From Giardia intestinalis (lineage: Eukaryota), in the NCBI GenBank assembly GCA_000002435.2, contig CM018790.1: a DNA stretch of 64,000 nt. The stretch is one strand, 5' to 3'. A model generated the notes under the pieces. The model saw nothing but the letters and a program-made list of their open reading frames with translations. It was not told the origin of the DNA and did no database searches. Below, in pieces: positions 59,945 to 64,000 of the stretch. The stretch's first letter is position 1, and each line of letters begins with the position of its first letter. A program made the position numbers and the translations under genes.

Positions 59945-60832
59945 TTGCGCATATCGAATCATATACAAATGATTATTTATGGATTTCTTTTTCTGTTGCT
60001 TCGCATCAGAGATATCTGTTCTACACGCTCCCAGCGAGTGCTTTCCATAAGCATTCTTCTTCTTATAAGTGTGATGCTTTCAACAAGCAGTTTAGAGAAT
60101 ATACTTGCCTTACTTCTTGGGATTGGCGAGATTCTATACACAGTTCGTCCTATTATATTCTTCAAGACGTGCACTACTTCACACTTGGCTCTTCTGCGAG
60201 CTAAGAACCCCGGGGTAATTCTTACAATTAGAAGCAGAGGCGCACAAAGTCAGGGATTAAGGCCAGGGCTGGATCATCCAATCTATCCTCGCCAGCGAAA
60301 ACACATTACAGAGGAACAGGTATTCCTAGGCGCACGTAGGTCTCAGAATTATGTAGACAGCCTAATTGAGGCCCTACTCAGAAACGACAGATCAAAAGCT
60401 CTGCGTTCTTCAAGAACGTTCTTCAGTCGTACTTCTAACTCTGAGTTTATTCTACAAATGATACGAGCCTTTGTATCACGCATGTGTAACAAGAAGGATG
60501 CAATGTTGTCTTCGGGAAAACCTGTGGTAGTAACAGAGCTATCGACAAGTGCGTCTGCTGCTAGCTACGAGTCTGAGGTGGAGCAAATACATGTGCTGAG
60601 CAGTGGGCATCAATTTGAGAATCACCGGTCTCAGTTTTCTGGTTTTCTTGAGCGCGTTCGCCTCATATATGAAGCGCGCCAAAGTAGACGATTGACTAAG
60701 TTCCTCCGGAGACAAGGAAGGCCCACAGACAAAAGAAAAACGCAAATCCCATTCACATCAGAGTGGATAGCAGGAGAAGATAGTGGCCTTGAAGCCCTTA
60801 CCCCATCGTCAGTGAGCAAACAGGATTGTTAA
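59945..60832 (+). CDS. Hypothetical protein, weakly supported. It may begin at the internal ATG at 59969, which has an AT-rich initiator, and has a hydrophobic N-terminus
   Basis: It is the only ORF above 100 aa in the 59831-60867 gap. The basic S/R-rich composition could also be non-coding. Confidence 0.3.
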   Translation: MRISNHIQMIIYGFLFLLLRIRDICSTRSQRVLSISILLLISVMLSTSSLENILALLLGIGEILYTVRPIIFFKTCTTSHLALLRAKNPGVILTIRSRGAQSQGLRPGLDHPIYPRQRKHITEEQVFLGARRSQNYVDSLIEALLRNDRSKALRSSRTFFSRTSNSEFILQMIRAFVSRMCNKKDAMLSSGKPVVVTELSTSASAASYESEVEQIHVLSSGHQFENHRSQFSGFLERVRLIYEARQSRRLTKFLRRQGRPTDKRKTQIPFTSEWIAGEDSGLEALTPSSVSKQDC

Positions 60833-60867
60833 AGGAAAAGAGAAGATACTCGGAGCCAGAAAGATTC

Positions 60868-61722
60868 TCAACCATTTATGGTCCAACCGTTCTCATCGAC
60901 CGTCTTCTTCGCAGCAGACCTTCTTGACGCGAAGGACGATAGCTGTGGTGGTTGGTACGTTCGTTTCTGCTGGGCTGGCTGGTAACTAGAAATGCAGGAA
61001 GTCCCGGAGCGCATGCTGCCAAGGTCTCCAGACAGACCCTTTTGGCGGAATGCCAGATCAAGGTCTGGAGGTTTTGAAAATGCAACTGGAAGAGACGCTT
61101 TACCAGAGTCTCGAAAGTTAAGAAGTGGAGCACTCGTGGATGCATTATCAACGGATGCACCATCAGACATAGCAAACCTTGCTCTATCCAGTGTAGAAGA
61201 ACCGTGGTCAGCTGCCCCCATGTTCTCCCTGGAAAACCCGGACGTTCCTGCGCGAGAGTCGGCAGTTCGAAAGACAAAGTCACCAGCTCCCGCCCCCTGA
61301 AGCATATCCCTCGTCAGCTCGGTAGGAGGGTAGTGATTATTGTATCTTGATTCGTATAGCACACGAACCTTAATAGGGGGGTCGTCCTCTCCATGTTCCT
61401 CGTCATAGTATTCTCCGTCCAAGGAGACGATAAAAGCAAGATCGTCCGGTGTCTGAACTTCCACACAGAATCCATTGTGTTCTTCGAGCTTCACGATAGA
61501 GATTCCAGAATCTGTCAAAAAACTTCGAAAGTCTTCGCAGGTTAGCTGAGAAAGATTATAGATCTTCGCCTTGTAGGGCGGGTTAGCTGGGATCTCATTG
61601 TTTTTATAACTTGTACGTTCGGCCCAGCCCTCAGGTTGCATGCCATCGGAACGCACTCTCTCCTCGGAGACAATATCGATAATCTTGTCCCCAGATTCTA
61701 AATTCCTGCACAAGTCATCCAT
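60868..61722 (-). CDS. Hypothetical protein (284 aa)
   Basis: It is an uninterrupted ORF. The overlapping 135-aa ORF (60876-61283) is in another frame and is rejected. Confidence 0.45.
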   Translation of the reverse strand: MDDLCRNLESGDKIIDIVSEERVRSDGMQPEGWAERTSYKNNEIPANPPYKAKIYNLSQLTCEDFRSFLTDSGISIVKLEEHNGFCVEVQTPDDLAFIVSLDGEYYDEEHGEDDPPIKVRVLYESRYNNHYPPTELTRDMLQGAGAGDFVFRTADSRAGTSGFSRENMGAADHGSSTLDRARFAMSDGASVDNASTSAPLLNFRDSGKASLPVAFSKPPDLDLAFRQKGLSGDLGSMRSGTSCISSYQPAQQKRTYQPPQLSSFASRRSAAKKTVDENGWTING

Positions 61723-61866
61723 GAGGGCGAGCGCTAACGGAATAGGGTAGTTTTTAATGGAGACAAACAGATTTAATTACGCATATAATATCGAAATTTC
61801 ATCTTTCTGTCCCAAAAAGAGGCACATCGAGCACTAGTTTACCGATCGCTAGAGCCCGTACCGCGG

Positions 61867-62946
61867 ATGGACATAGAAGAGCTACGCAGTGAGGATGTTG
61901 TTAGGAAACTCAAGGAGTCTGAGGCTCTCGTTCTATACCTCCGCACGGTTGTCGAGTCCAAAGACGACAAGATTGCCCACTTGGAGCAGGAAATGCGGCT
62001 GGCTGCGTCTCGCCACTCTGACGCTCTCACGAACCTGGGCGAAATCCACGATGCAGCCATCGTGACCTTGAAAAATGAGATCAGTCAACTTCACGACACC
62101 ATTGAGCGAATGAATGGTGAGATGGAGGTCATGCAAGTAGCTGCACGGGAAAATTCCCTCTTGCGGGCACAGATTGTCCGGCTCAAGAATGATGCTGCCG
62201 TGGAAGTGAAAACGCATCAAGACAAAATGCATGAACTCCGTAGTGAGATTAGTCGCGTTAGGGCTAGTTTGGCAACAGAGTTTCACACCCAGCTGGAAAG
62301 TGTGTTGAGGGAGAAGACGGCCGAGCACCTTATGGCATTGCCTGTGAAGGCTCGAGAGGCCTTGGCCGAGAAAGAACTGCTGCGCTTTCAGTTGGCTAAT
62401 CAGGATAAAGAAATTTTTGAGATCTGTACCGAGTCATTTAATCTACGGAAGCAGTTGAAGGACAAAGAGTTTGAACTAGAGACTCTCAAGGAAGAGATTC
62501 AGGCGTTTAGCAAAAGCAATGCTCAACAGAAGAAAAAGTTTCAGGCGCAGCAGAAGCGGATGAATGAAATTTTGGAGGAAAACTCAGATCTCCGTGGGCA
62601 AAGTACCGCTCTGCAGGTCACAGCGAAACAATTACAAGATGCTAACACTAAGCTTGACGTTAGCCTAAGGGAACTTCAAGAAATGAAACTCCGATACTCA
62701 CTGCTGATGAAGGGGATGCTCAAGGTCTGCCACCGCTTTTCTGTTTCTGTCGACATGTTTTATTCTGACCCGTTTGAATCAGCTGCTGCGCAGATTGATG
62801 TACCAGCCCAAAAACCGCAATCCAAAAGGTCTTCTGGTTATGGAGAACCAGGTGCTAGACCCAAACCACCAGCAGATATACGTGATAAGTCTGGTCGCCT
62901 GCGAAAGGCTGACGGATCGCTGCGATTTATCCTTCCAGAAATATAG
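61867..62946 (+). CDS. Coiled-coil protein (359 aa), hypothetical
   Basis: Heptad-rich sequence runs through most of the ORF. It is not SF-assemblin-like by sequence. Confidence 0.5.
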   Translation: MDIEELRSEDVVRKLKESEALVLYLRTVVESKDDKIAHLEQEMRLAASRHSDALTNLGEIHDAAIVTLKNEISQLHDTIERMNGEMEVMQVAARENSLLRAQIVRLKNDAAVEVKTHQDKMHELRSEISRVRASLATEFHTQLESVLREKTAEHLMALPVKAREALAEKELLRFQLANQDKEIFEICTESFNLRKQLKDKEFELETLKEEIQAFSKSNAQQKKKFQAQQKRMNEILEENSDLRGQSTALQVTAKQLQDANTKLDVSLRELQEMKLRYSLLMKGMLKVCHRFSVSVDMFYSDPFESAAAQIDVPAQKPQSKRSSGYGEPGARPKPPADIRDKSGRLRKADGSLRFILPEI

Positions 62947-63711
62947 GGGCTTCCTGACTATGCTTTTTGTATTCTTTTACGCAACCAGAGCCGCAGTTAT
63001 AAATGCTAGCATCTGGTGCGTTGTCAAGGTTGGTTCTTTGAGCCTTTTGCTCAGAACTAAGATTAGATAAAGAATGGCGATACTGCCTGTGTTCTAAGGC
63101 TGAGCAAAGTGGAATGACCTCCAATTCGTTCAGCCCAAGCTCTGTAACTCTCTTTCACAGGAACCACGCTTGGATATTTTTAATATGCATTAAGCTCCAT
63201 CCTCAGCACTCCTCACTGTCTTCTTTGGAACTAGACTCAAAAGAGCAGAGAGCACATCTAGGTCCTGGCAGCCAGATCACCTTTCGTACTAAACATCCTA
63301 CTTACGTCTCTCTCCTAAGTCGGGGCACTTCGAGGTTATCGATGGAATTCTACTCCCCTGGGGAGGTCTTAATAACTCCTCCGTATATCTTTTACTAAGT
63401 TTTTTCCATTTTTCAATCTTGATTGAGTTATTTTAAGATTGCTTTTTGAAAACTTTAAACATATTGCATCACCTCAATTCACTGGTTTACGGTACATTAC
63501 TCAAGCATGCAACACCTGCCGTCTTGCTTCTATACCTCTTATCCCCATATTAGGGAAATTAATTGTAAATGAAGCAAAGATGTGTCTGCATTCTGCATAA
63601 GAGCTGCTCACGTGCTGCGATGTCAGGTTGTTACCACAGTTGCTCCTTTGCGTTTCAGATGGAGATTTGGCCTAACGATGAAAAATTGCACTTATTTCTC
63701 TCCCTCTCTTG

Positions 63712-64000
63712 ATGCCAAAATCTCGTAAAGAGCGCATGGAGGCGCGTATATTGCGCATGAAACAGAATAGAGAGCGTCAGGGAGAGTACATAGCCCAGAT
63801 GAATGCCATCAAACTCACTGACGAGCAGAAGGCCTTAATGAAGTCGACAAAGCATTTCGGACAAAAGCCAGCCAAAAAAGACCAGCTCCGTGAAGACTTA
63901 ACCCGGGAGCGCGTCGGTCTAAAACCTATACATATGCATTTATATCGAGAGGTCGTCGTGGATGACAATCTCTTTTGTGAGACTTCTCTTACCCTGCCCA
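63712..64000 (+). CDS. 5' end of an ORF that runs off the window (MPKSRKERMEARILRMKQNRERQGEY...), basic N-terminus
   Basis: I translated it by hand, and it is open to the window end. The ORF track missed it because no stop codon lies in the window. The upstream sequence is only moderately AT-rich. Confidence 0.3.
   Translation, partial: MPKSRKERMEARILRMKQNRERQGEYIAQMNAIKLTDEQKALMKSTKHFGQKPAKKDQLREDLTRERVGLKPIHMHLYREVVVDDNLFCETSLTLP

Noticed and set aside
60876-61283. A 135-aa minus-strand ORF
   Set aside because: It is in a different frame and fully inside the longer 284-aa ORF at 60868-61722.
1-64000. CRISPR arrays, restriction-modification, toxin-antitoxin or other prokaryotic defence systems
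   Set aside because: The window is eukaryotic (tubulin, MCM, IFT46, a cytosolic ribosomal protein, a VSP). There are no direct-repeat/spacer arrays. The only tandem repeat is protein-coding.
1-64000. Spliceosomal introns
   Set aside because: Every confidently identified gene is a single continuous ORF with its conserved motifs in one frame. Giardia has only a handful of introns. I cannot exclude a short intron in the weak ORFs without RNA-seq data.

Overview
This window reads as eukaryotic nuclear DNA, not prokaryotic. Genes are long and uninterrupted on both strands, often only 1-100 bp apart, and short AT-rich stretches sit directly against most ATG start codons. Gene ends match the Giardia AGTRAAY polyadenylation signal. 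One gene (8264-10027) is a cysteine-rich CXXC surface protein with a GGCY motif, a C-terminal transmembrane helix and the invariant ...CRGKA tail of Giardia variant-specific surface proteins (VSPs). I therefore read the window as a chromosome segment of Giardia intestinalis (syn. lamblia/duodenalis) or a very close relative.

I could support about 35 protein-coding genes. They include ABCE1/Rli1, MCM6, epsilon-tubulin, type-I IPP isomerase, IFT46, Clp1, a Sua5-type t6A synthase, a GRWD1/Rrb1 WD protein, a TDY-motif MAK/ICK/LF4-like kinase, a PP2A-family phosphatase with a core insertion, RPL37e, an LSm protein, TSR2, a TFIIB/BRF factor and an Rpb4/RPC9-like subunit. Several giant low-complexity ORFs (2245, 1808, 1672 and 1073 aa) have no domain I can name. 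There is one tRNA-Pro(CGG).

The most unusual part is a roughly 6.4 kb variable island (about 4528-10977). It contains a multiply frameshifted NEK-kinase/ankyrin pseudogene and a VSP with 6.4 perfect 117-bp tandem repeats. It is bounded on each side by a roughly 950 bp ORF-free block, and the first roughly 290 bp of each block is a diverged direct repeat.

I found no CRISPR arrays, no prokaryotic defence systems, and no clearly intact transposon. Product assignments come from my recollection of conserved motifs, not from database searches, and should be confirmed by BLAST or HMM searches.
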